Source: Pseudomonadota bacterium (lineage in GTDB: Bacteria > Pseudomonadota > Alphaproteobacteria > UBA1280 > RI-95). Taken from it: a stretch of DNA of 32,000 nucleotides. The translations under genes and the position numbers were made by a program. Of the stretch, positions 7,969 through 17,842 are shown one piece after another. The stretch's first letter is position 1, and each line of letters starts with the position of its first letter. The notes beneath the pieces are model-generated. The model did no database searches and was not told where the DNA came from. It was given only the letters and a program-made list of their open reading frames with translations. The stretch is from the NCBI GenBank assembly GCA_016125375.1, contig WGLU01000003.1, positions 133,880 through 165,879 on the forward strand, given 5' to 3'.

Positions 7969-8168
7969 CCTTTCCTCTTGCATCGCGCCCTGAAATCAGC
8001 CATATAACGGACACGCTGCCCGTGAAGGGGCGAAAAAAGTAATTTCGTGCTTTGCAGTCAGGCGGTTTTGGGGTATACATCCCTTCCGTTGTGCGTGTAC
8101 AACACGCGTGGGCGCATCGCAAAGCGCGACAGAATATGAACGATTTTTAGACGAGATTGGGTGAGACG

Positions 8169-8621
8169 ATGAACATCATCGAGCAGCTGAACCAGGAAAC
8201 TATTGCAAGCCAAGGCAAAACCATCCCTGAGTTTGCCGTTGGCGATACCCTGCGCGTGCAGGTAAAAGTAAGCGAAGGTAACCGCGAGCGCCTGCAGGCT
8301 TTTGAAGGTCTGGTGATTGGTCGCCGTAACGCAGGTCTGAATTCCTCCGTTACCATCCGCAAAATCTCCTTCGGTGAAGGTGTTGAGCGTGTGTTCCCGC
8401 TGTACTCCCCGATTCTGGAGCGCATCGAAGTTGTCCGCCGCGGTGATGTGCGTCGTGCCAAGCTGTACTACCTGCGTGGCCGTGCCGGTAAATCCGCCCG
8501 TATCACCGAGAAGAAGCAATTCGCTAACGCTGCCGAAGCTGCTGCTGCCAAAGCTGCCGCCGCTGCTGCTGCCGCCGAAGCTGCTCCCGCTGCTGAAGCA
8601 ACGGCAACTGCCGAAGCATAA
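8169..8621 (+). CDS. rplS: 50S ribosomal protein bL19 with Ala-rich C-terminal extension
   Basis: [13 protein letters not shown]...[60 protein letters not shown]...[23 protein letters not shown]; tail [31 protein letters not shown]. Confidence 0.97.
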   Translation: MNIIEQLNQETIASQGKTIPEFAVGDTLRVQVKVSEGNRERLQAFEGLVIGRRNAGLNSSVTIRKISFGEGVERVFPLYSPILERIEVVRRGDVRRAKLYYLRGRAGKSARITEKKQFANAAEAAAAKAAAAAAAAEAAPAAEATATAEA

Positions 8622-8638
8622 GCGACCCCCGTCTTGTG

Positions 8639-8667
8639 AAAAGCCGCCCCCACGGGGCGGCTTTTTT
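8639..8667 (+). terminator. Rho-independent terminator after rplS
   Basis: AAAAGCCGCCCC-CAC-GGGGCGGCTTTTTT. Confidence 0.85.
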
Positions 8668-8699
8668 ATGTTTTTGATGGGGTGTGGGGGCGGTATTTT

Positions 8700-8729
8700 T
8701 TGTCATTCACGTCTGCTTTACGGTAAGAT
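8700..8729 (+). promoter_or_regulatory. Candidate sigma70-type promoter
   Basis: TTGTCA-N18-TAAGAT upstream of the LON-domain gene. Confidence 0.45.
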
Positions 8730-8768
8730 GAACGGATACGATGTAAAAAATAAAGGCTTGGTCTTTTT

Positions 8769-9416
8769 ATGGCGCACTGGCTCCCTCTTTTCCCGCTCCG
8801 TGTTGTGTTGTTCCCGGGTGCAGAGTTGACTCTGCGCATCTTCGAACCGCGCTATAAAGCCTTGCTGGAAGACTGTATGCGTGATGATGTGCCTTTCGGC
8901 ATCGTGTACACGCAGGAGGAAGACGGCGACGCCCGCGTGCACATGGCCGCAGTCGGCTGCACTGCCCACATTGATGAAGCGACACCCTACGAAGATGGCA
9001 CCTTTGTCGTACGTATATTCGGCGGTGAGCGCTTCCGTATTGGCGAGTTGGACCGCCAGAGCAAACCATACCTCATCGGCTCTACCGAGCCTGTGGTCGA
9101 GGTGCCGGACGTCCGCCCTGATGACCCCATTTTCCGCTCTATCGAAACACTGCTGGATGTCTACCGCGAACTGCTGGAAGAGGTAGACCCCTCAATGGTT
9201 GCCGATATTGGCGAGATTACCAGCGAAGTTGACCTGTCCTATCTGCCGTTTGACCAGATGATTCTGCCGGACGAGAAACGCCAGCAGGCGCTGGAAGTCC
9301 GCTCCATGCGGCAACGGTGCGATATGGGCGTATCCATGCTGCGGGTGGAGATTGAAACGCTTCGTTTCCTGCTGCACGACACTGAAGATGAATTTGCTGT
9401 TGGCCGTCTGAACTAA
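8769..9416 (+). CDS. LON N-terminal (substrate-binding-like) domain protein
   Basis: LPLFPLRVVLFPGAELTLRIFEPRYKALLEDCMRDDVPFGIVYT...RIFGGERFRI matches the stand-alone LON substrate-binding domain family; no ATPase or protease domain. Confidence 0.88.
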   Translation: MAHWLPLFPLRVVLFPGAELTLRIFEPRYKALLEDCMRDDVPFGIVYTQEEDGDARVHMAAVGCTAHIDEATPYEDGTFVVRIFGGERFRIGELDRQSKPYLIGSTEPVVEVPDVRPDDPIFRSIETLLDVYRELLEEVDPSMVADIGEITSEVDLSYLPFDQMILPDEKRQQALEVRSMRQRCDMGVSMLRVEIETLRFLLHDTEDEFAVGRLN

Positions 9417-9417
9417 C

Positions 9418-10149
9418 ATGACAACGCTCGCCCGTCACGTTCTGCTTGCCGATCTGGCTGCCGCCGGTGTGACCGATTTGGTGGCGGAGTATCCGTCTGA
9501 CCAGTTTGCTCGGCCCGAGCCTGCGGTTGAAGTTCTTGCATCACCCGCCAAACAGAGCGCCCCTGTTGCCGCACCTGCTGTGGCAGACTTTGATGCCCTG
9601 AAGGCCCGTAGCGGTATGTCCTCACCTGTACAAAAACCAACTGCTCCGGTAGCCAAACCTGTTGAAGATGCTTTTGATGCGGCGGCATGTCTACACTTTA
9701 CTCCCGGAAAATCCGCTGCCGTACTGGTGCTGACGGTTACAGGCAACGCCCTTGTCTGGCCAGCCGCAAATACAGCCGAGGGACGTCTTCTGGCACGTAT
9801 GGCCCAGGCGACAGGTGTTGATTTTGATAGCTGTGCCAAGCTGATTGTGCGGGAAACACACGGCGGTGGCAGCTACACTTCGGCGCAACTGGCAGCTTTG
9901 TCGGTGCAGGCGCAAAAATATTTAACGGATGCCTCTCTTCGTGCGGGTCTGGTTTTCGGTCAGGTGGGTCTGTCTGCCATTACCGGTTCTGCCACGCCCC
10001 TTTCCGCCGCCCGCGGGGCAGGGGTAGAGGTCGCTGGGGTGCGGTTGTATGCAACATACCAGCCGGCAGCCCTGCTGGAACAACCCTTGCTCAAAGCCGC
10101 CGTATGGCGCGAAGCCTTGAGCTTTTGCCAAACATTCTCTACACTATAA
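9418..10149 (+). CDS. Uracil-DNA glycosylase superfamily-like protein, apparently degenerate
   Basis: The C-terminal half SLRAGLVFGQVGLSAITG...RG...VRLYATYQPAALLEQPLLKAAVWREAL resembles the family-4/5 UDG pattern; the GEaPG catalytic motif and Fe-S cysteine pattern are not visible. Confidence 0.55.
   Translation: MTTLARHVLLADLAAAGVTDLVAEYPSDQFARPEPAVEVLASPAKQSAPVAAPAVADFDALKARSGMSSPVQKPTAPVAKPVEDAFDAAACLHFTPGKSAAVLVLTVTGNALVWPAANTAEGRLLARMAQATGVDFDSCAKLIVRETHGGGSYTSAQLAALSVQAQKYLTDASLRAGLVFGQVGLSAITGSATPLSAARGAGVEVAGVRLYATYQPAALLEQPLLKAAVWREALSFCQTFSTL
10119..10148 (+). promoter_or_regulatory. Candidate promoter inside the 3' end of the upstream gene
   Basis: TTGAGC-N18-TATAAT; supports translation of the next gene starting at 10185 rather than 10104 or 10152. 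Confidence 0.45.
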
Positions 10150-10184
10150 TTATGGACAATTTTACGCGCACCGTTGGGAAGAAC

Positions 10185-12101
10185 ATGAAAAAAACGACCC
10201 GCATTGCTCTGATGACCGCCGCAGGCGTTGCGGTCTTTGGCAGCGCTGTGCCTGTTTCGGCCAGCGGCCTGTTGGACGACGGTGGCCCTGTATTCCGTCG
10301 TGTCAGCCCTATGGAAAATGCGCGTCCCCAGCAAACCAATGCACCGGCGCCCAAAATCAGCGGCGGTCCGATACAAGCTGTCAGTACGTCTAAGCCTAAA
10401 GAGGCAATGACCCTCAAATCACCGCCAAAAATGGCGGCTGAAGGCCCGCTCCGTGTCCTGTCCGACAGTGATGTGCAAACCTACAAAGACCTGTTCAAAC
10501 TGCAACGTAACCTCAACCGTACTGCTGTTGTCCAAAAGCTTGCGGGCTTGCAGGACGACCTGTTGATGGGGCACCTGATTGCCGAACGTTTGCTGCACCC
10601 GAGCACGGTAGCCGCCTATGATGATTTGCAGGACTGGCTGTCCAAGTACAGCGATCAGGCACCTGCTGATGAAATCTACGCACTCGCCAACAAGCGTCGT
10701 CCACGCGGTAAAACGCACGAGAGTCCAAAGCTCGGCAGCCGGACCATGAGCAAATATGGCGACCCTGATGCCAAGTATAAGAACCGCGGCAATGGTGAAG
10801 GGGATATTGTTAATGCCCAAACCCGTCGCCGGATGCTGATTCGCCTGCAAACCTACCGCAAACGTGGCGAGTTTGATAAGGCAATGGCCCTGCTGGCCAA
10901 GAGCACGACCAAGGATCTTCTGGGTTCGGAAACCCATGCCAGCGCAAGCCTGAAACTGGCTCGTACCATGCTGGATGCCGGTCAGTTCAAAATGGCAGAA
11001 ACTGTTTCCGACCGCGTTGTACGCGAGGCTGATTCCGCCCAGCCGGAAGGTCTGTGGATTAGCGCTTTTGCCGCTTACCGTCAGAACCACTTTGATGATG
11101 CCGCCAGCTCTTTCCGCCGCTTGGTTTACACCGTACCGCCGCAAAGCCGCTATTATGCCCGCGCTGCCTGGTGGGCTGCCCGCGCGTATGAGCAGCTGGA
11201 CCGCCAGTCCATGTCGCGCGTGTTCCTGACCATGGCCAGCCACGACCGCAACACATTCTACGGCCAACTGGCACAAAGCAAGCTGGGTAAAGACCCCGAG
11301 TTCTCATGGGTCGTGCCGCCACTGAAAGAAATTGACCGCAAACGCCTGCTGGAAGACCCGGCCATCCGCCGTGTTATCGCCCTGTCGCAAATCGGCGAGA
11401 ACGGTCTGGCTCAAGACGAGCTGAAGGCCGCCTATGACCGCATCCCGTACGATATGGACGAAAGTCTGCTGGCGCTGTCCATCCAATTGGATTTGCCTGC
11501 AACCAGCATGGTGCTTGCCCGCAACCTGAAGGAGCGGAACAAGGAATATATTGCCGGGCTTTACCCGTATTCCCGTACATGGAAGCCGAACGGCGGCTTT
11601 ACGATTGATCAGGCGCTGATGTTTGCGATTATGCGTCAGGAAAGCGCCTTCAACCCAGCCATTCGCTCCCATGCGGGCGCAATGGGGCTGATGCAGGTGA
11701 TGCCGGATACGGCTGACCACGTGCGCGCCATGCAGGGCAAGCCCGCTGTATCCAAGTGGGCGCTGAACCGTCCGTCCTTCAATATGGGCGTGTCGCAGGA
11801 TTACCTGAGTTACCTGCGCGAAGAGTTTGGGGATAACCTCATTCACATGATTGCCGGCTACAACGCTGGTCCCGGTAACGTGCGCAAGTGGATTGCCCGT
11901 AATGGTGCCGAGGATGACCCGCTGCTCTTTATCGAGAGCATCCCGTTCGAGGAAACCCGCAGCTACGTGATGCGCGTTATGGCCAACCTGTGGATTTACC
12001 GGACCTATTTCTACGGTAAGGATCCTACGCTGTCTGCCATGGCTAATAACAAGTGGCCGACACAGGTTGCTATGGTCAAACTGACCGATATCGACGGTTA
12101 A
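10185..12101 (+). CDS. Soluble lytic murein transglycosylase, Slt-like
   Basis: Signal peptide [26 protein letters not shown], long helical superhelical region, then the SLT domain [28 protein letters not shown]...[26 protein letters not shown]. Confidence 0.92.
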   Translation: MKKTTRIALMTAAGVAVFGSAVPVSASGLLDDGGPVFRRVSPMENARPQQTNAPAPKISGGPIQAVSTSKPKEAMTLKSPPKMAAEGPLRVLSDSDVQTYKDLFKLQRNLNRTAVVQKLAGLQDDLLMGHLIAERLLHPSTVAAYDDLQDWLSKYSDQAPADEIYALANKRRPRGKTHESPKLGSRTMSKYGDPDAKYKNRGNGEGDIVNAQTRRRMLIRLQTYRKRGEFDKAMALLAKSTTKDLLGSETHASASLKLARTMLDAGQFKMAETVSDRVVREADSAQPEGLWISAFAAYRQNHFDDAASSFRRLVYTVPPQSRYYARAAWWAARAYEQLDRQSMSRVFLTMASHDRNTFYGQLAQSKLGKDPEFSWVVPPLKEIDRKRLLEDPAIRRVIALSQIGENGLAQDELKAAYDRIPYDMDESLLALSIQLDLPATSMVLARNLKERNKEYIAGLYPYSRTWKPNGGFTIDQALMFAIMRQESAFNPAIRSHAGAMGLMQVMPDTADHVRAMQGKPAVSKWALNRPSFNMGVSQDYLSYLREEFGDNLIHMIAGYNAGPGNVRKWIARNGAEDDPLLFIESIPFEETRSYVMRVMANLWIYRTYFYGKDPTLSAMANNKWPTQVAMVKLTDIDG

Positions 12102-12109
12102 TTCACCCC

Positions 12110-12712
12110 ATGCTGGACGGCGCTACCGAGCACGCGCTACGGCAAAGCGGCTACGCCCGCATCTGCGGCGTGGACGAAGTCGGGCGCGGCCCGTGGGCAG
12201 GGCCTGTGGTTGCCGCCGCTGTGGTGCTGGATATGTCGCGTCTTCCCGATGGTTTAAACGATTCCAAAAAGCTGACGGCCGCCAGGCGCGAACGCTTGTA
12301 CGACATCCTCATGCAAACGGCAGACATCAGCATTGCCGAGGCCTCGGTAGCCGAAATTGACCGACTGAACATTTTGCGTGCGACCTTTTTGGCCATGGAA
12401 CGTGCCGTTGCCGGTCTGCCTGCCAAACCGGATTACGCCCTGATAGACGGCAACCGGATTCCCGCCGGATTGCCATGTCCGGCGCAAAGCGTGATTAAGG
12501 GGGACGGCAAGGTGCTCTCGATTGCAGCGGCATCGGTGGTTGCAAAGGTTCACCGTGACCGGCTGATGGCACGACTGGCAGAGGAATACCCCCACTATGG
12601 CTGGCACACAAACGCAGGCTACGGCACTGCCGCCCACCAGCAAGGGCTTGATGTCGCAGGGGTAACGCCACATCACCGCCGTTCCTTCCGCCCTGTGCAG
12701 GAGTATCTGTAA
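12110..12712 (+). CDS. rnhB: Ribonuclease HII
   Basis: [23 protein letters not shown]...[13 protein letters not shown]...[17 protein letters not shown]...[17 protein letters not shown] at 12110 follows the previous stop. Confidence 0.95.
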   Translation: MLDGATEHALRQSGYARICGVDEVGRGPWAGPVVAAAVVLDMSRLPDGLNDSKKLTAARRERLYDILMQTADISIAEASVAEIDRLNILRATFLAMERAVAGLPAKPDYALIDGNRIPAGLPCPAQSVIKGDGKVLSIAAASVVAKVHRDRLMARLAEEYPHYGWHTNAGYGTAAHQQGLDVAGVTPHHRRSFRPVQEYL

Positions 12713-12715
12713 GCC

Positions 12716-13840
12716 ATGGCGCTTAATCTGCTCATTAACGCCATCCATACCCAGACGGGCGGCGGGTTGGTTTATCTGAACAGCTTGCTGCCCGAGCTTG
12801 CAAAGCGCACGGATATTAAAGTGACGGTGCTTTATCACGCTGCCGCGCAGGACAAGATTCAGATTCCCGATGGTGTGGCAACCCGTGTGGAGGACTTCCC
12901 TAAAAGCATGTTGCGGACGTTGGTGTGGGAGCAACTGCATGTACCTGCGATTGCCCGCAAACTGCACGCAGATGCGGTGCTGTGCATTGCCAATTACGTA
13001 CCGCTGTTTGCGCCAAACCCTGTGCAAATTATCATCAATAATGTTGAGGCAGGCCGCGCCAGCAAGGGGCTGTACCAGAAGGTGTACTGGTCCATGCTCA
13101 AGCTGCTGACCCGACTGAGCGCGCTTGCCTGCCCCGTTACCCTGACTCTGAGCGAGTCGGTTGCCGACAGTTACTTTAAGGGCATTTGGTCATGGGTTAA
13201 GCCGCCCGTGTACTGGGCGCCGCCGGGCTGCCCTGCCGTGGGCGTGGCACAGGGTAAAAAACAGCGGGAGCAAGGGCTTATTTTCGCTGTTGGTGATTAC
13301 TATCCGCACAAGAACTATGTCCGGTTGCTGGCGGCGTTTGCGGGGGTGCTGACCACCCATCCGGATGCCCGTCTGGTCATTGCAGGGCGTCCGCTGGATG
13401 ACCGGACGGCCGCCGCCATGCAGGCGGAAATTAAAAAGCATGTACTGACCGAACGTGTGACCTTGACGGGCGCCATGCCCCACGCCGATGTGATGGGCTA
13501 CTTTGCCCGCTGCCATATTTACGTGCAGCCCAGCCTGGCGGAAACATTCGGGATGACAACGGTGGAGGCAATGGCGTCCGGCGCGCCGTGCGTGCTGGCG
13601 GATAAACCCTTCCAGCACGAGGTAGCAGGCACCGGTGCCGTGTACGCAAAAGGGATTGATACGGACGCTGGCATCCCCAACCTTACCGCCGCGCTGCGCA
13701 GCCTGCTGGACGATGAGGCGCTGTGCATCCGCCTTGCGCAAGAGGGGCAACAAAAGGCCGCCGCCTTTACATGGGCGCAAACCGCCGAGCGGGTGATTAT
13801 GGCTTTAAACCAGACTTCCTTCGGTCGCCGCCGCGTCTAA
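12716..13840 (+). CDS. Glycosyltransferase family 4-like
   Basis: IFAVGDYYPHKNYVRLLAAFAGV...LVIAGRP...VTLTGAMPHADVMGYFARCHIYVQPSLAETFGMTTVEAMASGAPCVLAD, typical GT4 E-x7-E and nucleotide-binding region. Confidence 0.92.
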   Translation: MALNLLINAIHTQTGGGLVYLNSLLPELAKRTDIKVTVLYHAAAQDKIQIPDGVATRVEDFPKSMLRTLVWEQLHVPAIARKLHADAVLCIANYVPLFAPNPVQIIINNVEAGRASKGLYQKVYWSMLKLLTRLSALACPVTLTLSESVADSYFKGIWSWVKPPVYWAPPGCPAVGVAQGKKQREQGLIFAVGDYYPHKNYVRLLAAFAGVLTTHPDARLVIAGRPLDDRTAAAMQAEIKKHVLTERVTLTGAMPHADVMGYFARCHIYVQPSLAETFGMTTVEAMASGAPCVLADKPFQHEVAGTGAVYAKGIDTDAGIPNLTAALRSLLDDEALCIRLAQEGQQKAAAFTWAQTAERVIMALNQTSFGRRRV

Positions 13841-14827
13841 CACCTTGCGCATCAATGTGGGCAAGGGGTGGGTTTTGAGCTGGCGGGGGGCGACCCAATC
13901 CACATGTTCTTCTGCCAGCTTGAGTCGCTTGACGGTAAGCGTCAGCGTAAAGTGGGTGAACACGTGCTTGATGGTGCCGCAATCCTGCCAGTCAGCCTCC
14001 AGGAGCGGGTCGATGACCGGGTCAAGGGGTGCAACCTCCCATCCGTGGGTGGGTACTTCCCACAGGCTGGCCAGCAGTCCTTGCGGCGGGCGCTGGCGCA
14101 GGTACAGGCGGCCCTCTGCATCCCATAGGCACCAGGCAGTACCGGTTTTGAAGGGTTTTTCTTTCTTGGGCATTTTACGGGGGAAGTTCACTGCGTCCGC
14201 CTTACCCCCGCTGGCGCAGAAGCTTGCCACCGGGCAGGTGGTGCAGGCGGGTTTGCGCGGTGTGCAGATGGTTGCACCCAAGTCCATGATGGCACCGGCA
14301 TAGTCCCCTGCGCGCTGTTGGGGCGTGAGTGCCGCTGCTAATGTGCGGATGCGGGGTTTGGCTTTGGGGAGTGGTTCCTCTATGCGGTACAGGCGGCTGA
14401 TGACGCGTTCCACGTTGCCATCCACCACTGTTGCGGGGTAGCCAAAGGCAATGGCGGCAATGGCCGCAGCCGTGTAGGGGCCTATGCCCGGCAACTGTTG
14501 GAGCGCTTCCGGCGTGGCGGGGAAATGCCCGCCCAACTCGTGGGCAACTTTTTTGGCGCAGGCATGCAGGTTACGGGCGCGGCTGTAATAGCCCAACCCC
14601 TGCCAGAGGGTCAGAACTTCCTGTTCGGTTGCGCCGGCAAGGTCAAAAACCGTGGGATATGCATGCAAGAAACGGGTGTAGTAGTCTTTAACTGTGGCGA
14701 CGGTCGTTTGCTGGAGCATGATTTCAGACAGCCAGATGGCATAGGCATTCTGCGTGCCGCGCCAGGGCAGGTCGCGGCTGTGCACGTCGTAATGGGTCAG
14801 CAGGGCGCTGGCAAAGGTGGTGCTCAT
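13805..14827 (-). CDS. mutY: A/G-specific adenine glycosylase MutY
   Basis: RDLPWRGTQNAYAIWLSEIMLQQTTVATV...LPGIGPYTAAAIAAIAFG..ATVVDGNVERV..R, [4Fe-4S] motif CTPRKPACTTCPVASFC, and a C-terminal NUDIX-like domain. Likely start MSTTF at 14827. Confidence 0.96.
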   Translation of the reverse strand: MSTTFASALLTHYDVHSRDLPWRGTQNAYAIWLSEIMLQQTTVATVKDYYTRFLHAYPTVFDLAGATEQEVLTLWQGLGYYSRARNLHACAKKVAHELGGHFPATPEALQQLPGIGPYTAAAIAAIAFGYPATVVDGNVERVISRLYRIEEPLPKAKPRIRTLAAALTPQQRAGDYAGAIMDLGATICTPRKPACTTCPVASFCASGGKADAVNFPRKMPKKEKPFKTGTAWCLWDAEGRLYLRQRPPQGLLASLWEVPTHGWEVAPLDPVIDPLLEADWQDCGTIKHVFTHFTLTLTVKRLKLAEEHVDWVAPRQLKTHPLPTLMRKVLDAAATEGSLV

Positions 14828-15354
14828 GAGGTGGCTCCCTGCGGTTTGTCGAGCTGCGTTGCCAGCCAGCCTGTGGCCAGTCCGGCCAGTAGGGCGTAGC
14901 CCAGCAGCCATGGCGCTGCACCACCTAGCGGAAAGTCCGGCAGGCACAGCCGGAGCGCCAGCAATTGCCCCAGCATATGCAGCCATGCACACAAAACTGA
15001 CAATCCATACATGCTTACGCCTTTTTGGGTCAGTTTTTTACCAAAACAAAGCCCGGTGCTGGAGAGAACAAACCCTGCCGCAGCCAGCCCAAAGCGGGGG
15101 GAAATTAAGCTGCCGCTCAACAGAGCGCCGCAGGCCAGCCGCAGCAGGTTGACGGTCAGGGCGGGCTTGAGGCCATAGTTTTTCCACACCACCAGTACGA
15201 CGGCGTTGGCAAAACCGGGTTTGACGGGGCCGAAGGTAGGTAGGGCGGCCTCGGCCACGTGCAGGGCGGTGGCAATGGCGGCCAGCAGCGACAGCCGCAC
15301 ATCCGACGGTGTGCGGGCGGGCAAATCCAAACTCGCCACAGGCTGCGCTTTCAT
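14824..15354 (-). CDS. Gx transporter / heptaprenyl diphosphate synthase component I-like membrane protein
   Basis: HVAEAALPTFGPVKPGFANAVVLVVWKNYGLKPALTVNLLR...LISPRFGLAAAGFVLS matches the Gx transporter family pattern; overlaps the mutY start (ATGA). Confidence 0.75.
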   Translation of the reverse strand: MKAQPVASLDLPARTPSDVRLSLLAAIATALHVAEAALPTFGPVKPGFANAVVLVVWKNYGLKPALTVNLLRLACGALLSGSLISPRFGLAAAGFVLSSTGLCFGKKLTQKGVSMYGLSVLCAWLHMLGQLLALRLCLPDFPLGGAAPWLLGYALLAGLATGWLATQLDKPQGATS

Positions 15355-15409
15355 GCTATGGTGTATACCATAAGCAGTCAGAAAAACGAAACGGTGAGTC
15401 CAACCTCCA

Positions 15410-15874
15410 ATGCGCGCCCTCGGCCCCTCGGTTCAGAAGCTCGTTAAACCCCTTGCGCTCAAGAACGGGTTTGCGGACGTGCGCGTGCTGAGCAACTGGA
15501 GCAAGATTGTCGGTGCCGACATGGCGCGTTACATCCGCCCGCTCAAGCTCAGCAACAAAGTGTTGCAGGTCGCCGCAGCGGATAGCAACTGGGCCATGCA
15601 GGTCAGCTATCAGGCGCCGGTTCTGATAGAGCAGATTAACCGTTATTTCGGCTTTCAGGCGGTGACACGTATTCAACCGCAGCAAAGCTACTTTGAGACC
15701 GACGAACAACAGCCCGTAGCCGTGCCCCAGCCCGACGGTGCCGCCAAGGTGCGTGCCCTCGCACGTACGCAGGATGTGAAAGACGATACCCTGCGGGCCG
15801 CACTGGCCAGTCTGGGTGGTTGGGTGGAGGCCGCGTACAGCGTGCGCGCTGCCGAAGAGGTGAAAACTGCCTGA
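15410..15874 (+). CDS. DUF721 / DciA-like protein
   Basis: LALKNGFADVRVLSNWSKIVGADMARYIRPLKLSNKVLQVAAADSNWAMQVSYQAPVLIEQINRYFGFQAVTRI is the DUF721 core signature. Confidence 0.8.
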   Translation: MRALGPSVQKLVKPLALKNGFADVRVLSNWSKIVGADMARYIRPLKLSNKVLQVAAADSNWAMQVSYQAPVLIEQINRYFGFQAVTRIQPQQSYFETDEQQPVAVPQPDGAAKVRALARTQDVKDDTLRAALASLGGWVEAAYSVRAAEEVKTA

Positions 15875-15932
15875 CAAGCACCCATATAGGGTGTAGGATT
15901 CTCTCACAAAACGAATAAGAGGATTGTTCCCG

Positions 15933-16598
15933 ATGATGCGTACATCTTTTGTGGTTGCCGCTGCCTTGCTGGCCGGCTTTGCAGGAGCTCCCGATGTTGC
16001 CCGTGCAGAAGTGCATGCAGAGGCACAGGTACAGGCAACAAACCCGCTGGAAGTCACAGCTGACGATATTGCTATCGGTAACAGCAATGCCCCGTTGACC
16101 GTGATTGAATATGCGTCCCTCACATGCAGCCATTGCGCACACTTCCATAACGATACTTTTGAAGAAGTGAAAAAGAATTACGTAGACACTGGCAAAGTAC
16201 GCTTTGTCTTCCGTCACATGCCGTGGGATAACATGGCACTGGCCGCAGCCAAATTGGCCGTTTGTGCACATGATACTGCCTCTTCCTATATCTCCGCCTT
16301 CTTCAAGACACAGGAAACCTGGGCCAAATCCGCAGACCCGCTGGCTGAGCTGAAAAAAGTTGCCAAACTGGGTGGCATGGACGAGGCAACGGCTGACAAG
16401 TGCCTGCAAAACGCACAAATCCACCAACAGGTGCTCGATATCCAGAATGTTGGGCGTGACGTGCTGAAGGTCCGCTCTACACCAACTCTGTTCGTCGGCA
16501 AGAACACTGTGATTGAAGGCTTCCGTGACTATGCCGCGTTCAGCAAAGTCCTCGATGACGAGCTGGCCAAGGTAGAAGCTGCCGACAAGGCCGAGTAG
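15933..16598 (+). CDS. Secreted DsbA-family thiol:disulfide interchange protein
   Basis: Signal peptide, VIEYASLTCSHCAHFHNDTFEEVKKNYVDTGKVRFVFRHMPW (CSHC active site), cis-Pro region VRSTPTLFVGKNTVIEGF. Confidence 0.92.
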   Translation: MMRTSFVVAAALLAGFAGAPDVARAEVHAEAQVQATNPLEVTADDIAIGNSNAPLTVIEYASLTCSHCAHFHNDTFEEVKKNYVDTGKVRFVFRHMPWDNMALAAAKLAVCAHDTASSYISAFFKTQETWAKSADPLAELKKVAKLGGMDEATADKCLQNAQIHQQVLDIQNVGRDVLKVRSTPTLFVGKNTVIEGFRDYAAFSKVLDDELAKVEAADKAE

Positions 16599-16600
16599 CT

Positions 16601-16843
16601 ATGGACGGGCACGAACCTTCGTCACGGGTAGAGGCACTCGCAGGCGCGAGCAAAGGCTCCAATGCGGCAATATCGCTGATAGCAAACGTGCTGGTGGGTG
16701 GTCTGATGGGGTATGGCATCGACTATCTGGCCGGCACGCTGCCACTGTTCATGTTGCTGATGCTTTTTATGGGATTTGCAGCCGGTCTGCGCACAATCTG
16801 GAAGCAACTCAACAGCAAGCCGCCGCAAGACAGCGCGGAATAA
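16601..16843 (+). CDS. atpI: AtpI-like F0F1 ATPase-associated protein
   Basis: 80-aa protein with two TM helices: SLIANVLVGGLMGYGIDYLAGTLPLFMLLMLFMGFAAGLRTIWKQ; precedes atpB. Confidence 0.82.
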   Translation: MDGHEPSSRVEALAGASKGSNAAISLIANVLVGGLMGYGIDYLAGTLPLFMLLMLFMGFAAGLRTIWKQLNSKPPQDSAE

Positions 16844-16896
16844 CGCCAAACCCCCGTTAAGCGGCATCTTTTTGCTTGGATGACGCGTATTCTGAA

Positions 16897-16925
16897 TTGA
16901 CAAAACGGCCCCCGGACGGTATTCA
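16897..16925 (+). promoter_or_regulatory. Candidate sigma70-type promoter for atpB
   Basis: TTGACA-N17-TATTCA located 30 bp upstream of the GTG start. Confidence 0.5.
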
Positions 16926-16954
16926 TACTTCCGTCAAATAAAGAGGGATAAACC

Positions 16955-17842
16955 GTGTCGGGTCCGCTTCACCAGTTCGAGATTCAGCAAGTTGCTTCCA
17001 TTCCATTCATGGGCTTTGATATTGCCGTAACCAATCAGGCAATTACCATGCTTGTGTCGCTGACCATCATGTCTGCGCTGCTGATTCTGGGCAGCCGCCA
17101 GCGTGCCATGGTTCCCGGCCGTCTGCAGTCTTTTGTGGAAATGACCTACGAGTTTGTCGAGGACATGATTAAAGGCACCGCAGGCCGTGCTGGCCTTAAG
17201 TTTATGCCGCTGATTATGTCGGTTTTCCTGTTTGTTGCCGTCTGTAACGTTGTGGGCATGGTTCCCGGTGCGTATACCTCCACCTCCCAGCTGTTCGTTA
17301 CTGCTTTGATGGCTTTTGGTATTTTCGCCTTTGTGATTGCCATCGGCTTCTGGAAGCATGGTCTTGAGTTTTTGGGCATGTTCGTGCCGGCTGGTACCCC
17401 ATGGTGGTTGTACTGGCTGATTATTCCGCTGGAGTTGATCTCTTTCTTCGCCCGTCCGTTTACGCTGACGGTACGTCTGGTTGCCAATATGGTGGCCGGG
17501 CACATCCTGCTGAAAATTTTTGCCGGCTTCGCCGTCATGATGACCGCCAGCGCCGTTGATGCCCCGTTTGTGATGTACGGCGGTTTCTTCGCTGTTGTCG
17601 GCCTGATTGCCGCTTTCATCTGGACAGGCAAAAAATCCATGCTGTGGGCAGCGTTGGCCGTATTGGGGGCCTTGGGTGTTATTGCTGTATTCTCCGGCGG
17701 TATGGGCATTATCGCCACCTTCATGCCCAGCATGTTCATCTTTGTGATTACCATTCTGGAAGTCTTTGTGGCGCTGCTGCAGGCGTATATTTTCACTATC
17801 CTGACATGTGTTTACCTGAATGATGCATTGCATATGCACTAA
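16955..17842 (+). CDS. atpB: ATP synthase F0 subunit a
   Basis: ARPFTLTVRLVANMVAGHILLKIFAGF...EVFVALLQAYIFTILTCVYLNDALH; GTG start. Confidence 0.97.
   Translation: MSGPLHQFEIQQVASIPFMGFDIAVTNQAITMLVSLTIMSALLILGSRQRAMVPGRLQSFVEMTYEFVEDMIKGTAGRAGLKFMPLIMSVFLFVAVCNVVGMVPGAYTSTSQLFVTALMAFGIFAFVIAIGFWKHGLEFLGMFVPAGTPWWLYWLIIPLELISFFARPFTLTVRLVANMVAGHILLKIFAGFAVMMTASAVDAPFVMYGGFFAVVGLIAAFIWTGKKSMLWAALAVLGALGVIAVFSGGMGIIATFMPSMFIFVITILEVFVALLQAYIFTILTCVYLNDALHMH

Noticed and set aside
4520-8621. Possible genomic island or prophage remnant around the split ribosomal block
   Set aside because: No integrase, transposase, att-like direct repeats or tRNA were found. Only the two paralogous genes are foreign-looking.
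10104-10184. Upstream start for the lytic transglycosylase
   Set aside because: A TATAAT box lies at 10143-10148 and a standard signal peptide starts at 10185, so the upstream codons are probably not translated.
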